Source: Acidobacteriota bacterium (GTDB lineage: Bacteria; Acidobacteriota; UBA890; WLXD01). From it: DNA of 64,000 bases. This document shows, one piece after another, positions 53,863 through 63,998 of the stretch. A program made the position numbers and the translations under genes. How positions within the stretch are numbered: position 1 is the first letter of the stretch; every line of letters begins with the position of its first letter. The notes beneath the pieces are model-generated. The model searched no databases and was not told the origin of the DNA. It worked only from the letters and a program-made list of their open reading frames with translations. The stretch lies in assembly GCA_965248695.1 (NCBI GenBank), contig CBDFKD010000002.1, forward strand, positions 5,312,001 to 5,376,000, read 5' to 3'.

Positions 53863-55585
53863 GCTGAGCACTGTAGCGTCGGCGCTGCTCGTGGCAATCA
53901 CGTTTCACGTCGCACCGACCACCGCGCAAGCGCAGGACCGGCGCTACTGGGTGGAGGCCTTCGATGCCGACATCCACGTTTTGGAGAGTGGCGAGATCGA
54001 GGTCACCGAGCACCTCACCTTCCGTTTCGATGGCTCGTTCAACGGCATCTACCGAGACATTCCGGTGGAGTACGAGACTCCCTGGGGGCTCGACTACGGT
54101 TTGCGCCTCGACCCTGTCGCGGTCACCACCGAGGACGGCGCCGCGCTGCGCCACGAAACCGACCGCAGGGGCGACGACTTTCGCTTCAAGGTCTGGGTTC
54201 CAGATGCCAACAACGCCTCTCGAACGGTCGTATTGCGGTATCGCGTCGGTCGCGCCCTCCGTTTTCCGGACACCGAGGAGGGCTTCGAGGCCCACGATCA
54301 GCTCTACTGGAACGTGACCGGCACCGGCTGGAGCGTGCCGATCGAATCGGCATCGGCACGGATCACGTTGCCGGAGGGTCTCCGTCAGCCGCCGTGGACC
54401 CTGGCGTACACCGGACCCCGGGGCAGCCGCGTCCAGGAGGCCGATATCGACAACATAGCCATCAATGTGGTGCGCATCAGCACCCGCAACCAACTCGCTC
54501 CCGGAGAGGGGCTGACGGTGGTCGTCGGCTGGCCTCCAGGTCTGGTCTACCGACCCACCGCATCCGATCAGATCCGTGATCTGTTCGCAGACAACTGGCC
54601 GCTCGGACTGCCGTTCCTGGCCTTCATCGGGATGTTCCTGCTGCACCGATCCCGGGGCCGTGATCCACAGATCGATCGATCGGTGATGGTGCGCTACGAG
54701 CCACCGGAAGACTTTCGACCGGCCGAGCTCGGCACTCTGATCGACGAGAAGGTCGACCTTCGCGATATCGTCGCGACGGTCATCGATCTGGCCGTGCGCG
54801 GCTATCTGAAGATCGAGGAAACCACCGAGGCCGGGTGGCTGAGCGAAACCACCAAGACCACGTTCCAGCGCATGAAGCCAGCCGACGACGCGCTGCGTTC
54901 CTACGAGAGGTCGGTGCTCGACGGACTGTTCGAGGGCGGCGACCGGGTGGAGATGGACGATCTGAAGAGCAAGTTCTACACCCGCGTCAGCGACATCAAG
55001 AGCGACCTCTACGGCAGCATGACGAAGCGCGGGCTCTTCCGAGCGCGACCCGACCGATCGCGCACCACGTGGGTCGTGCTGGCTCTGCTTTCCCTGCTAC
55101 CGATGGTTCTGCTAGGGGTGCTGCTACAGAAACCGGCCATGTTGATCGCCGCCCCGTTCACCGCGCTCGCCATCGGCGTCTTTGCCCCCTTCATGCCCGC
55201 GCGCACTGCGGCCGGCCGTCGGACATTTGTCGATCTGAAGGGCTTCGAGGAGTTCCTCGGGCGTACCGAAGCCGAGCGCTTCAAGGCGCTCGGTATTTCG
55301 GAAACCGCCTTCGAGCGCTATCTGCCGTACGCGATGGCTTTCGGAGTTGCGGATCACTGGGCGAAGCTCTTCGAGGGAATGCTGACCCAGCCGCCGACCT
55401 GGTACGCCGGTCCGACACCGCATTTCAGTCCGTCGTTGTTCGGCACACGCATGGGGAGCATGGGAACGTCGCTGGGAACGGCGATGGCCACACAGCCTCG
55501 TAGCACCAGCGGCAGCTCGGGGTTCTCCGGCGGCGGCGGTTTCTCGGGCGGAGGCTTCGGCGGCGGCGGCGGCGGCGCCTTCTAG
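53855..55585 (+). CDS. DUF2207 domain membrane protein
   Basis: V.E...F.F.G...GIYRDIP, LYWNVTG.GW, A..IDLAVRG, ERYLPYAMAFGV, Gly/Ser-rich C-terminus; typical LemA partner. Confidence 0.9.
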   Translation: MRRLSTVASALLVAITFHVAPTTAQAQDRRYWVEAFDADIHVLESGEIEVTEHLTFRFDGSFNGIYRDIPVEYETPWGLDYGLRLDPVAVTTEDGAALRHETDRRGDDFRFKVWVPDANNASRTVVLRYRVGRALRFPDTEEGFEAHDQLYWNVTGTGWSVPIESASARITLPEGLRQPPWTLAYTGPRGSRVQEADIDNIAINVVRISTRNQLAPGEGLTVVVGWPPGLVYRPTASDQIRDLFADNWPLGLPFLAFIGMFLLHRSRGRDPQIDRSVMVRYEPPEDFRPAELGTLIDEKVDLRDIVATVIDLAVRGYLKIEETTEAGWLSETTKTTFQRMKPADDALRSYERSVLDGLFEGGDRVEMDDLKSKFYTRVSDIKSDLYGSMTKRGLFRARPDRSRTTWVVLALLSLLPMVLLGVLLQKPAMLIAAPFTALAIGVFAPFMPARTAAGRRTFVDLKGFEEFLGRTEAERFKALGISETAFERYLPYAMAFGVADHWAKLFEGMLTQPPTWYAGPTPHFSPSLFGTRMGSMGTSLGTAMATQPRSTSGSSGFSGGGGFSGGGFGGGGGGAF

Positions 55586-55660
55586 CGGCCTGTAACAGAT
55601 GAAGCGATTTCGCCGCCATCCTGCAAACAGATAGGCAGTTTAGTTCTAAGCAGGTCTCGC

Positions 55661-56749
55661 CTAGCTCAGCTCGAACGGCAGTCGCGCCGCCACCGAGGCA
55701 CCGGCTCGCGTCCGGCCCTGCCCCGGGAAGTGATACAGATCGAGGTAGAGCTGCAGGTCCGAGACCGTACGTAGCCCATGACTCGCCTGCGTGTCGAAGA
55801 ACACTGCGTGACGGTAGGCCGGCTTCACCAGAAAGCAGTTGGCGCCGTGCCCCGCCGGTCGTAGACCCAGGACGCGCCTCCACGTCTCCAGCGTCTGCTC
55901 CAGATCCTTATTGAGATCCGGCACATACACGTGCAGGTCGAACGGCAGTCGCCGCTGACCGGGTCTGAGCTGCAGCGCGTGGACGGCAGAATCGAGCGTC
56001 AGCGCATATCGATCCGACAGCTTCGAGTCCACGGTCCGCAGCCGTTGCAACGCCGCTTCGGGGTCCTTGTCCCGTAGTTGATACGAGAATACTTCGTTGG
56101 TCTCGAAGGCGTATTCGTCCAGCCAGTCCGCCAGCAGACGCTGCGGGCGCACGAGCCTCGACCCGCCGCCCCGTTGCCGCTCGACGTAGCCATCGGCTGC
56201 CATCTGCTGGAGTATCTGCGATACCCAGCCGAGGCTGAGTCCACCATGCTCGGCGATCTGTCGTGTGGTCAGCCACTCGCCCGGCCGTTGCATCATGACC
56301 CGCAGAGCAATCGTCGCCTTGTCGTGGAAGAGCGTCCGGATCTGCTTGCGCTCCGTGAAGCGGTTGCGGTTGCCGCTGACCTGCACCAGGACGTTGTTGA
56401 AGCGCAGATAAGCGTTGCCGGAGCAGTCCATGTAGCCGATGCCGGCCTCACGACACAGGCGTGCGCCGGCCGCTCCCATGTGCGGCACGATGATGCCCGC
56501 CGCGTTGCCCGGAGCCGCCGCGATACGCCGCAATCGCGGCAGGAGCCCGCGTAGCTGGCGAGGCTCACCGGAGGCGAGTGGAAGGTAGAGCAGGCGGCGG
56601 ATTGCGCCGGCGTGGCCGAGGAGCTCCACTTCGATCATGCTGGCGTCTTCGGTCGGAGTACCCACCCGCACTCCGGTGACCAAAATCTCGGGGACAACCT
56701 CTCGCCAGTTGGTCAGGAAGTAGGAGCGTACCTCGCTTGCGTTCCTCAT
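55661..56749 (-). CDS. type IV toxin-antitoxin AbiEi-family antitoxin-like wHTH protein (no toxin adjacent)
   Basis: CREAGIGYMDCSGNAYL, wHTH (TTRQIAEHGGLSLGWVSQIL), LL.DW...Y, YALT, VSDLQLYLDL....GR. Confidence 0.7.
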   Translation of the reverse strand: MRNASEVRSYFLTNWREVVPEILVTGVRVGTPTEDASMIEVELLGHAGAIRRLLYLPLASGEPRQLRGLLPRLRRIAAAPGNAAGIIVPHMGAAGARLCREAGIGYMDCSGNAYLRFNNVLVQVSGNRNRFTERKQIRTLFHDKATIALRVMMQRPGEWLTTRQIAEHGGLSLGWVSQILQQMAADGYVERQRGGGSRLVRPQRLLADWLDEYAFETNEVFSYQLRDKDPEAALQRLRTVDSKLSDRYALTLDSAVHALQLRPGQRRLPFDLHVYVPDLNKDLEQTLETWRRVLGLRPAGHGANCFLVKPAYRHAVFFDTQASHGLRTVSDLQLYLDLYHFPGQGRTRAGASVAARLPFELS

Positions 56750-56913
56750 CAGGCGACGGGTCCGGGAGCAGAGCGGCCGTTAAGGCAGCGAGAGCGGCGT
56801 GCCGACATAGAGGCGCGTTTATAGCAAGAAGCGTCATCGGCCGCCAGCCGCCTGGGCGCTCCGCCGACGGTTCTGGGTCATACGAGGTCGAATTTCGCGT
56901 TTTGTTCCGTTCG

Positions 56914-57357
56914 TCAGCGAGACGCGGGCGGGCTCGGCACGAGTCGGAAACGGAAGGAGACCACATCGGTGGCGCGATCGAAGGGCATCGAGCCCTCCTG
57001 CTCGAGCCTCATGGTCTCGCCCGTCGGCACCGTCACCGAGCCCGTATCCGTATGCAGAACTCGGTCATAATCATCGAGCAAATCGATCGCCACTTCGACG
57101 TCGAAGGACCGCGTCGTGTCGTTGACTACCTCGGCCGACCAGCGGAAGTGGGCACGTTCCTGCTCGACGGTGCTCCAATCGAAATCATGCTCGCCGAGAC
57201 GCAGCTCTGCCGCTGCCTGCAGGGGATCGCCGAGTGGCGACAGTACGAGCGCTAGCGTCAGACCGATCAGGGACCACGCTGATGTCGGCAACGCGGGCCG
57301 GCGGCTTCCCCACCATGCCTCATCATCAGCACCGAACAGACCATCGCTCACCCCCAT
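56914..57357 (-). CDS. hypothetical exported protein (FxLYD/Ig-like beta fold)
   Basis: hydrophobic signal segment; AEVVNDT...V...IDLLD...V; fills the gap between two minus-strand genes; -10 box directly upstream. Confidence 0.65.
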   Translation of the reverse strand: MGVSDGLFGADDEAWWGSRRPALPTSAWSLIGLTLALVLSPLGDPLQAAAELRLGEHDFDWSTVEQERAHFRWSAEVVNDTTRSFDVEVAIDLLDDYDRVLHTDTGSVTVPTGETMRLEQEGSMPFDRATDVVSFRFRLVPSPPASR

Positions 57358-57445
57358 GAGTTGAAGCTAGCATGGTGGTCGTTGGAGGGTCAAAGCAACG
57401 GTGCAGCACCGAACGAGTCGTTCCGGAAACGAGCTCCGAAGCGAC

Positions 57446-59584
57446 TCATTGAGGGTACTCCTCGTCGTTCCACAGCGGATCGACGTTGGGGTCGAACGTG
57501 TCGTCGGAATCCTGTAGCGCGACGGACTCGTGGCCAGCAACGGTGCCAGCGTCGGGGTGGGGTCCGACGTTTGACGGGCTCTGGTCGCCAGGCTCGTCGA
57601 ACAGCTCCCACGGCTCGACCAGATCGCGTGGCAGCTCCTGCAGGAACCTGGAAGGCTGCTGCAGCAGTGCACCGCCCATCCCTCCCGGGCGCACGATCGG
57701 GTAACTCAAGTAGAGTTCGTCCCGCGCCCGAGTCATGGCGACATAGAAGATCCTACGTTCCTCCTCTTCGCCGCCCGGCTCGTCGAGTGCCCTGGGACTC
57801 GGTAGCGCGCCTTCGACCAGATGAATGGCGAACACCACATTCCATTCGAGTCCCTTCGCCTGGTGGACGGTCGACAACACCACCCGTTCGTCGTCCGGGT
57901 CACCGCCGCCGCGTACGTCCTGACCATAGAGCTCTCCGAGCAGCACCAGCTCCTCCAGGAACGTGCGGATCGACTCGTACTGGGCGGCGAACACCGCCAG
58001 CTGCTCGAGATCCTCGACGCGTGACTCGTAGTTGGTGAACTGGGTCGCGGCAACATCGTCGTAGCCGCCCTCGAGGACTGCGCGGATCGCCGCTTCGGGC
58101 TCCGCGGCGCAGGCGACGACGGATTCCAGAAGTGTGGCAAAGGCATCCCATGCGGTCCGCGCGCGGCGCTGTAAGAGAGCTCTGATGGGCTCCGAACCCA
58201 ACTGGGCCAACAGCTCGCCGGCGGTGGACGCCGAGGCCAGCGCCTCCCAGAGCCGCCGAGCCGTGACGTTGCCGATGCCTCGCTGCAGCATGAGGGCGCG
58301 ACGAAAGGCGACTTCGTCGCGTGGATTATCGGCCAGGCGCAGGTAGGCGGTCACGTCCTTGACATGCGCTTGCTCGAAAAATCGGAGACCACCGCGGATG
58401 TCGTACGGGATGTCGTAGCGCAGCAACGTGGTTTCCACGGAGAGCCTGTGGGAGTGGGCGCGGTAGAGCACCGCCATCTCGTTCAGCGGCGTGCCCTCGT
58501 CGCGCAGCTGCAGGATGCGTTCGGCAACGAAGGCGGCCTCCTGCGCCGGGTAGTTGGCGGGGACCAGCGCCGGTTGCTGACCGGGGTCGCGTCGCGCCTG
58601 CAACTCCTTTTGGTACTGGCCGGTGTTGCAGCGGATGCTGGCGTTGGTCAGCGCCATGATCTCCGGCGTGGAGCGGTAGTTGATCTCGAGCTTGAAGACC
58701 TGAGCTCGGGGATGACGGTCCGCGAACCCGAGGATGTTGTCGTAATGGGCGCCGCGAAAGGAGTAGATGCTCTGACAGTCGTCACCGACGACCATCAGGT
58801 TGCCGCCGTTCTCGCGTGCCAGCGTCTCGACAATCTCCCCTTGGATCAGGTTGGTGTCCTGGTACTCGTCGACGAGCACGTAGCGGAGTTGCTCACCGTA
58901 CCGTCGACGCACCTCGGGCACTTCGCGCAGCAATCGCAACCACATCGTCAGCAGGTCGTCGTAGTCCATCGCGTTCGCCGCCAGCTTGCGCTCCGCGTAG
59001 CGTCGAGCCACCGCTTCAATCTGCTCTTCCCAGTCGACGAAGCGTGGAAACCGTTCCGCGACCACATCGGCCATCTCGGTGCGCGAGTTGACCTGCAACG
59101 AGATCAGCGACCCGAGGACTTTCGGCGAGGGAAAGCGTCGGCGCTCGACTTCGACACCAACATCGGTGATGCACAGCCGGATGAGGTCGCGCTGATCGCT
59201 GTCGTCGAGAATCGAGAAGGAATCCGTGAAGCCGAGGACCGCTCCGTGTCGTCTCAGGGTTCTCGCGCCGACGGAGTGGAACGTTCCTCCCCAGAGCCTG
59301 TCGGTGTCCAGATTCGTCAGCTGGCGCACACGGCCGACCATCTCGCGGGCGGCCTTGTTGGTGAACGTCACCAGCAAGATGGCGTCGGCGGGGATACCGC
59401 GGCTGAGGAGCCAGGCGACGCGGTAGGTCAGCGTGCGGGTCTTGCCCGTTCCGGCACCCGCGATAACCAGCTTTTCGCCATCGCCACAGGTGACCGCGGC
59501 GTACTGCTGCTCGTTGAGATCGGCCTCGAAATCGACGTCCAGCTCGGGTCCGGCGCGGCGCTGGATGACGAACTTGCGGGCCAT
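57446..59584 (-). CDS. UvrD/PcrA-family ATP-dependent DNA helicase
   Basis: LNEQQ, AGAGTGKT, TFTNKAAREM, VDEYQDTN, VGDDCQSIYSFRGA, NYRS, STVHQAKGLEW, EERR.FYVAMTRAR. Confidence 0.94.
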   Translation of the reverse strand: MARKFVIQRRAGPELDVDFEADLNEQQYAAVTCGDGEKLVIAGAGTGKTRTLTYRVAWLLSRGIPADAILLVTFTNKAAREMVGRVRQLTNLDTDRLWGGTFHSVGARTLRRHGAVLGFTDSFSILDDSDQRDLIRLCITDVGVEVERRRFPSPKVLGSLISLQVNSRTEMADVVAERFPRFVDWEEQIEAVARRYAERKLAANAMDYDDLLTMWLRLLREVPEVRRRYGEQLRYVLVDEYQDTNLIQGEIVETLARENGGNLMVVGDDCQSIYSFRGAHYDNILGFADRHPRAQVFKLEINYRSTPEIMALTNASIRCNTGQYQKELQARRDPGQQPALVPANYPAQEAAFVAERILQLRDEGTPLNEMAVLYRAHSHRLSVETTLLRYDIPYDIRGGLRFFEQAHVKDVTAYLRLADNPRDEVAFRRALMLQRGIGNVTARRLWEALASASTAGELLAQLGSEPIRALLQRRARTAWDAFATLLESVVACAAEPEAAIRAVLEGGYDDVAATQFTNYESRVEDLEQLAVFAAQYESIRTFLEELVLLGELYGQDVRGGGDPDDERVVLSTVHQAKGLEWNVVFAIHLVEGALPSPRALDEPGGEEEERRIFYVAMTRARDELYLSYPIVRPGGMGGALLQQPSRFLQELPRDLVEPWELFDEPGDQSPSNVGPHPDAGTVAGHESVALQDSDDTFDPNVDPLWNDEEYPQ

Positions 59585-59589
59585 TGGGG

Positions 59590-61356
59590 TCAGCGGAGCG
59601 GCGCCGGAACCGGGCCTTCGATCAGGGCCCACCCGCCGCCGGCAGAGCCGACGAGGCGCAGCAGCTCGACCTTGCGAGCCAGAGCCGCCGGATCCGGAAT
59701 GCCACCCAGCACATCGTCGCTTCGCCAGATGGGTCGTGAAGCAGCCTGCGCGCCGACCAGCAGTCCGTTGAGCTGTTCGAGCATCGTGCGCTGGCGTGGA
59801 TACAGCAGCACCTCGACCTCGGTGCGGGCGTCGATACCGGCGGAGCGTCGTGCGACGCTGAGCGCCGCGCGCAGGCCGCCGATCTCATCGACCAGGCCGA
59901 CTTCCAGTGCCTGCTCTCCGGTCCACACTCTGCCGGCAGCCAACCGCTCGACTTCCTCCAGTCCCAGATTGCGGGCATCAGCTACCTTCTGGAGAAACGC
60001 ACGGTAGGTCTCATCGATCGACTCCGCGATGACCACTCGCTGCTCCGCTGACAGGCGCTGCGAATCGAGGAACAGGCCGGCGTTGCGGCCGCGGGTAACC
60101 GCATCGTTCGCGATACCGAGCTTCTCGTACGCGCCCACCAGGTTGTAGCGACCCATGGTCACGCCGATCGAACCCGTGTACGTGGCGCCGTCAGCGAGGA
60201 CGCGGGTTCCCGCGGTAGCGATCCAGTAGCCGCCCGAGGCGGCGACATCGGACATGCTGACGATCACCGGCATCGACTCGGCCGCCAGCGCCGCCTCTCT
60301 CCAGATAACGTCCGATGCGGTGACCGCCCCGCCTGGACTGTCTACCCGCAGGACGATCGCCTGCACAGAGTCATTTCGACGCGCGCGGCGGATAGCGCGC
60401 GCAATCGTTTCGCCGCCCGCCACCGCGCCCCCGAAGGCATCGTCGGTGACGTCCCCGGGCAGGATCAGGCCGTCGATATGGACCAGAGCGATCCCCGGCC
60501 GTCCAAGGCTCCATCCTCCGGGCGCCGCAAGCTCCCAGTATTCGCGCACGCCCACGCGCTGGGCGTCGTTGATGTCCAGAACATCGGCTACGTGGTCGTG
60601 GAATCCGAGCTCGTCCACTAGGCCGGCTTGCTGCGCCGCGACAGCGCCGAGCAGACCTTGATCGACGGCCGCCGCGACGGCTCCGCGATCGAGGCCGCGA
60701 TCGTCGGCAATGGCGTCGAGAACCTGGTCATAAATGCTATCGAGCAGGCTGTCCAGCACGGTGCGTTCCTCGTCACTCATGCCCGTTTCGGTGTACGGAT
60801 TCATCGCCGACTTGTAGGGACCGGTAGCAAACGTCTCGAACTCGACGCCGAGCTTGTCGAGCAGCTCACGGTAGTACTGACTGCGCGCAGCCAACCCCAG
60901 GATCAAGGTCCCAGTAGGTATCTGGATCACTGTGTCAGCGGCCGAGGCAACATAGAGATCGATCAGCGAGCCGAGCTCCAGGACCGCCACCACGGGCTTG
61001 CCCGATTCGCGGAACGCATGCACGGCGGAGCGGATCTCCTGCGCTTTGGCAAAGCCGCCGAGCATCGGACCGACGCGCATCACCACAGCCGAGACTCGCG
61101 CGTCGTCGGCGGCGGTGCGCAGCGCGCTGTCGATTTCTCGCACCGACAGCGGGCCGACAGATCGGTTGCCCCAGAGATACGCCGGTCGCTCGACGATCTC
61201 CCCTACCAGGGACACCTCTAGGACGTTGTCGGTGCCCAGGCTGCCGCGGTCGCCGAGCACGACCCGGTTGAGGAACTGGGTCGTCCACCAGAAGAGCATT
61301 ACAAGCAACACGAACCCCAGGATCACCCAGGTCCAGGAACTCCTTCGTCGTGCCAT
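59590..61356 (-). CDS. sppA: signal peptide peptidase SppA, 67K type
   Basis: two S49 domains, GPYKSA, LRVDSPGG, SMSDVAASGGYWIA, TGSIGV, GRVWTG..A...GLVD. Confidence 0.93.
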   Translation of the reverse strand: MARRRSSWTWVILGFVLLVMLFWWTTQFLNRVVLGDRGSLGTDNVLEVSLVGEIVERPAYLWGNRSVGPLSVREIDSALRTAADDARVSAVVMRVGPMLGGFAKAQEIRSAVHAFRESGKPVVAVLELGSLIDLYVASAADTVIQIPTGTLILGLAARSQYYRELLDKLGVEFETFATGPYKSAMNPYTETGMSDEERTVLDSLLDSIYDQVLDAIADDRGLDRGAVAAAVDQGLLGAVAAQQAGLVDELGFHDHVADVLDINDAQRVGVREYWELAAPGGWSLGRPGIALVHIDGLILPGDVTDDAFGGAVAGGETIARAIRRARRNDSVQAIVLRVDSPGGAVTASDVIWREAALAAESMPVIVSMSDVAASGGYWIATAGTRVLADGATYTGSIGVTMGRYNLVGAYEKLGIANDAVTRGRNAGLFLDSQRLSAEQRVVIAESIDETYRAFLQKVADARNLGLEEVERLAAGRVWTGEQALEVGLVDEIGGLRAALSVARRSAGIDARTEVEVLLYPRQRTMLEQLNGLLVGAQAASRPIWRSDDVLGGIPDPAALARKVELLRLVGSAGGGWALIEGPVPAPLR

Positions 61357-61385
61357 CCACCGCCCCCGATCTGTTCGTCTAGCGC

Positions 61386-61670
61386 TCAGGTTGCAACGTC
61401 GAAACTACCCGTGAGCGCGGCGTCGGTGCCCTCGTCGCTCACCTCGAGCCGATCCACACGCGCCGCCGGCGAGCCCCGATGGCACCACGCAATGAAGTCG
61501 TCCACCGGCGCCGCCGGCCCCTCCACGACCGCCTCGACAGTGCCGTCGTCGCGGTTGCGTACCCATCCTCGGAGACCGAGCTTCGTTGCCGCCCTGCGAG
61601 CGTGGGCGCGGTAGAACACTCCCTGTACCCGACCTCGGATTCGCAGGCGAACGCGTCGAACCGTGCTCAT
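61386..61670 (-). CDS. acyP: acylphosphatase
   Basis: [30 protein letters not shown]. Confidence 0.93.
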   Translation of the reverse strand: MSTVRRVRLRIRGRVQGVFYRAHARRAATKLGLRGWVRNRDDGTVEAVVEGPAAPVDDFIAWCHRGSPAARVDRLEVSDEGTDAALTGSFDVAT

Positions 61671-61738
61671 CGGGCACCATTCTACCGACAACGCCGCGCC
61701 GACGGCGGTAATATCTGGCCTCATCAGGAGGTACAGCC

Positions 61739-63046
61739 ATCCGACTACCCGCCTTTGCCAGCTCACGAACCGGTCGCGATCCGTGGGGCCAGATCTTTCT
61801 TGGCGTAGCCCTCCTGTGGGCGCTTACGATTCCGCTGTCGATTGCGGTCGCGGAAACGGCGCTCTGGGTGTCGCTGCTGTTGTGGGGCGCGAACTGGCTG
61901 CGCCTCGAACTGGCGAGCACCGGCTCGGTTCCCGATTCACCTGCGCGCGGCCCGGCGGGAGACGTGTTCTCCCTGATCGGCACGCCCCTCATGGCATTCT
62001 GGGGTGTCTCGGTGGCGTCGGCGATTGCGTCACGCGCTCCGGTGGAGAGCCTCTGGTCCCTACGCGAGGTGTTCCTGTTCGCCGCTCCGCTGGTCACCTA
62101 CCTCGCCTATCGACATCCGTCGATGCGGCGCCTGGGATTGCGCGCTCTCGGTATCGGCGTGCTGATAGCCGTCGGGGCGGGCCTGGCGGGAACCGTGATG
62201 GCGGTCCAGCGCGGCGAGTTCCCCGGTCTGTATCGACCGGACGGAACGTTGGGACATTACATGACCTACGCCGGCGCGCTCATGGTGGCCATTCCGACCC
62301 TGATGGTCGTGCGCGACGGCTGGGTCGGTCTGCTGCATCGGGTCATCGCCCTCGGCGCCCTTGTGGTGGTGGGTCTGACGATGACGCGCTCGGCCTGGAT
62401 CGGTTGCGTCGTCGGCCTCGCGCTCTGGTTCGGCCTGCGGTTCGTCCCCGGTCGTTCCACCGACGATGAGCCGCCGCCACGACGCTGGGCGGCCTACGCG
62501 GTGGTCGTCCTCATCGCCCTCGTCGTAGGAGGCATCGTGCTGATGACGCTTGCCGGACCGGAGGCGCTGTATGAGCGCGGTGCGAGCATCTTCTCGCTCG
62601 AAAACCCCACCAACGTCGACCGGCTGGCGATGGCGGCAACCGGACTGCGGATGATCCAGGCGCATCCGCTGTTGGGAGTCGGTCCGGGCCTCATGCCGCG
62701 CGTGTACCCCGCCTGGCGCGTCGACTGGGCGGTGAAGGAAACCAACCCACACCTCCACAACGACGCCCTCCACCTGGCCGCCGAACGCGGCTTGCTGGGG
62801 CTGGCAACCTGGTTGTGGCTGGTGGCCGCTTTTGCGGTCGGAGCCTGGCGAGTGTTGCGACATACCGGGCCGTTCGCCGAGGGCGGGCCCGAAGCACGCG
62901 CGGCATTGTCGGCGCTCGGTGCGTTCCTAACCATGGGACTGTTCGAGTACAACTTCTCGGACTCGGAAGTCCTCATGGTTCTGCTGTTCGCCGCCACGTT
63001 GCCGTTCGCCGCCAGCGCTGGGCTCATGCTGGGCAAAGACGAGTAG
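61739..63046 (+). CDS. O-antigen ligase (Wzy_C/WaaL) family membrane protein
   Basis: multiple TM segments, T.TRSAWIG, R....[25 protein letters not shown]; first canonical start is GTG 61868 but an ATC at 61739 is more plausible (see findings). Confidence 0.85.
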   Translation: MRLPAFASSRTGRDPWGQIFLGVALLWALTIPLSIAVAETALWVSLLLWGANWLRLELASTGSVPDSPARGPAGDVFSLIGTPLMAFWGVSVASAIASRAPVESLWSLREVFLFAAPLVTYLAYRHPSMRRLGLRALGIGVLIAVGAGLAGTVMAVQRGEFPGLYRPDGTLGHYMTYAGALMVAIPTLMVVRDGWVGLLHRVIALGALVVVGLTMTRSAWIGCVVGLALWFGLRFVPGRSTDDEPPPRRWAAYAVVVLIALVVGGIVLMTLAGPEALYERGASIFSLENPTNVDRLAMAATGLRMIQAHPLLGVGPGLMPRVYPAWRVDWAVKETNPHLHNDALHLAAERGLLGLATWLWLVAAFAVGAWRVLRHTGPFAEGGPEARAALSALGAFLTMGLFEYNFSDSEVLMVLLFAATLPFAASAGLMLGKDE

Positions 63047-63052
63047 CGGCAC

Positions 63053-63613
63053 CTACTCCAGGCCGAGCTCCGGCGCGATCGTCTTCAGGGACTCGACGAT
63101 GCGGGCAACATGTTCCTTCAACTCGACGTTGAGGTCCGCAGCACCGGCGCGCAGATGGTCGCGATCGATGGCCCGGCAGAATGCCTTGTCCTTGAACTTC
63201 TTGATGATCGACTTGACCGGGAGATCGACGACAGACTTGCCGGGCCGGACGAGGGCAACAGCAACGATAAACCCGACTAGCTCGTCCACTGCGTAGAGCG
63301 TCTTGTCCAGCCGGCTCTTCCGTTCGACTCCGGTATGGTCGGCGTGGCCGAGGATCGCGTGCACGATCGCGTCGTCATATCCGAGCTGTCGCAGGATCTC
63401 GGCGCCGGCGAAGGGATGTTCTTCCAGCGACGGGTGCTCCTCGTAGTCGAAGTCGTGGAGCAGTCCGACGATTCCCCAGAGATCGGCGTCGGCGTCGAAG
63501 TGCCGCGCGTAGCCGCGCATTGCGGCCTCGACGCCGAGGGCGTGCTTGAGCAGGTTCGGATTCTGCGTGTGCTCGGTGAGCAGGGCCCAGGCCTGCTCCC
63601 GGGTCGGGACCAT
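63053..63613 (-). CDS. HDIG-domain metal-dependent hydrolase
   Basis: TRE.AW.LL, HALGVEAAMR, GLLHDFDYE, AI.GH, DEL.GFI.A.ALVRP, KKFKDKAF. Confidence 0.9.
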   Translation of the reverse strand: MVPTREQAWALLTEHTQNPNLLKHALGVEAAMRGYARHFDADADLWGIVGLLHDFDYEEHPSLEEHPFAGAEILRQLGYDDAIVHAILGHADHTGVERKSRLDKTLYAVDELVGFIVAVALVRPGKSVVDLPVKSIIKKFKDKAFCRAIDRDHLRAGAADLNVELKEHVARIVESLKTIAPELGLE

Positions 63614-63632
63614 CGCTCCGGCCTCTGGCTGC

Positions 63633-63998
63633 CTACTGCCCGGTGCCGAAACCGCCGAGAGGGTTCTCCAGGCTCACAACCGTGGTGCCGTCGCGCGACA
63701 GAAGAGCGTAGCCGTCCATGACGATCTGGACGTTGTCCTGCGATTCCAGGTTCCGCAGGTCACTCGGCGTGAACGCGCGCAGGGTACCGCGCGCCACGAC
63801 GTCCTGTCCGCCAAGCCGATCGAGCGCCCAGTACCATTCCGAAAGCAGTCGTGAGTTGAAGAACACCTGCGCCCGCCGACCCTCTGCGTCCTCGACGACG
63901 AAATACGGGGCGCGCTCGACGAACCGCTTCTCAGTCAGCCGCCCGTCGTATAGATCCACGGTGCCGCCGGCAAGGCGTTGAACCGTCTGGATGTACGT
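63633..63998 (-). CDS. hypothetical protein, C-terminal part (runs off the window)
   Basis: frame is open to the window end, protein-like composition, co-oriented 19 bp upstream of the HD gene. Confidence 0.6.
   Translation of the reverse strand, partial: TYIQTVQRLAGGTVDLYDGRLTEKRFVERAPYFVVEDAEGRRAQVFFNSRLLSEWYWALDRLGGQDVVARGTLRAFTPSDLRNLESQDNVQIVMDGYALLSRDGTTVVSLENPLGGFGTGQ

Noticed and set aside
55505-55580. (GGC)n-rich tandem repeat
   Set aside because: It encodes the normal Gly/Ser-rich C-terminus of DUF2207 proteins.
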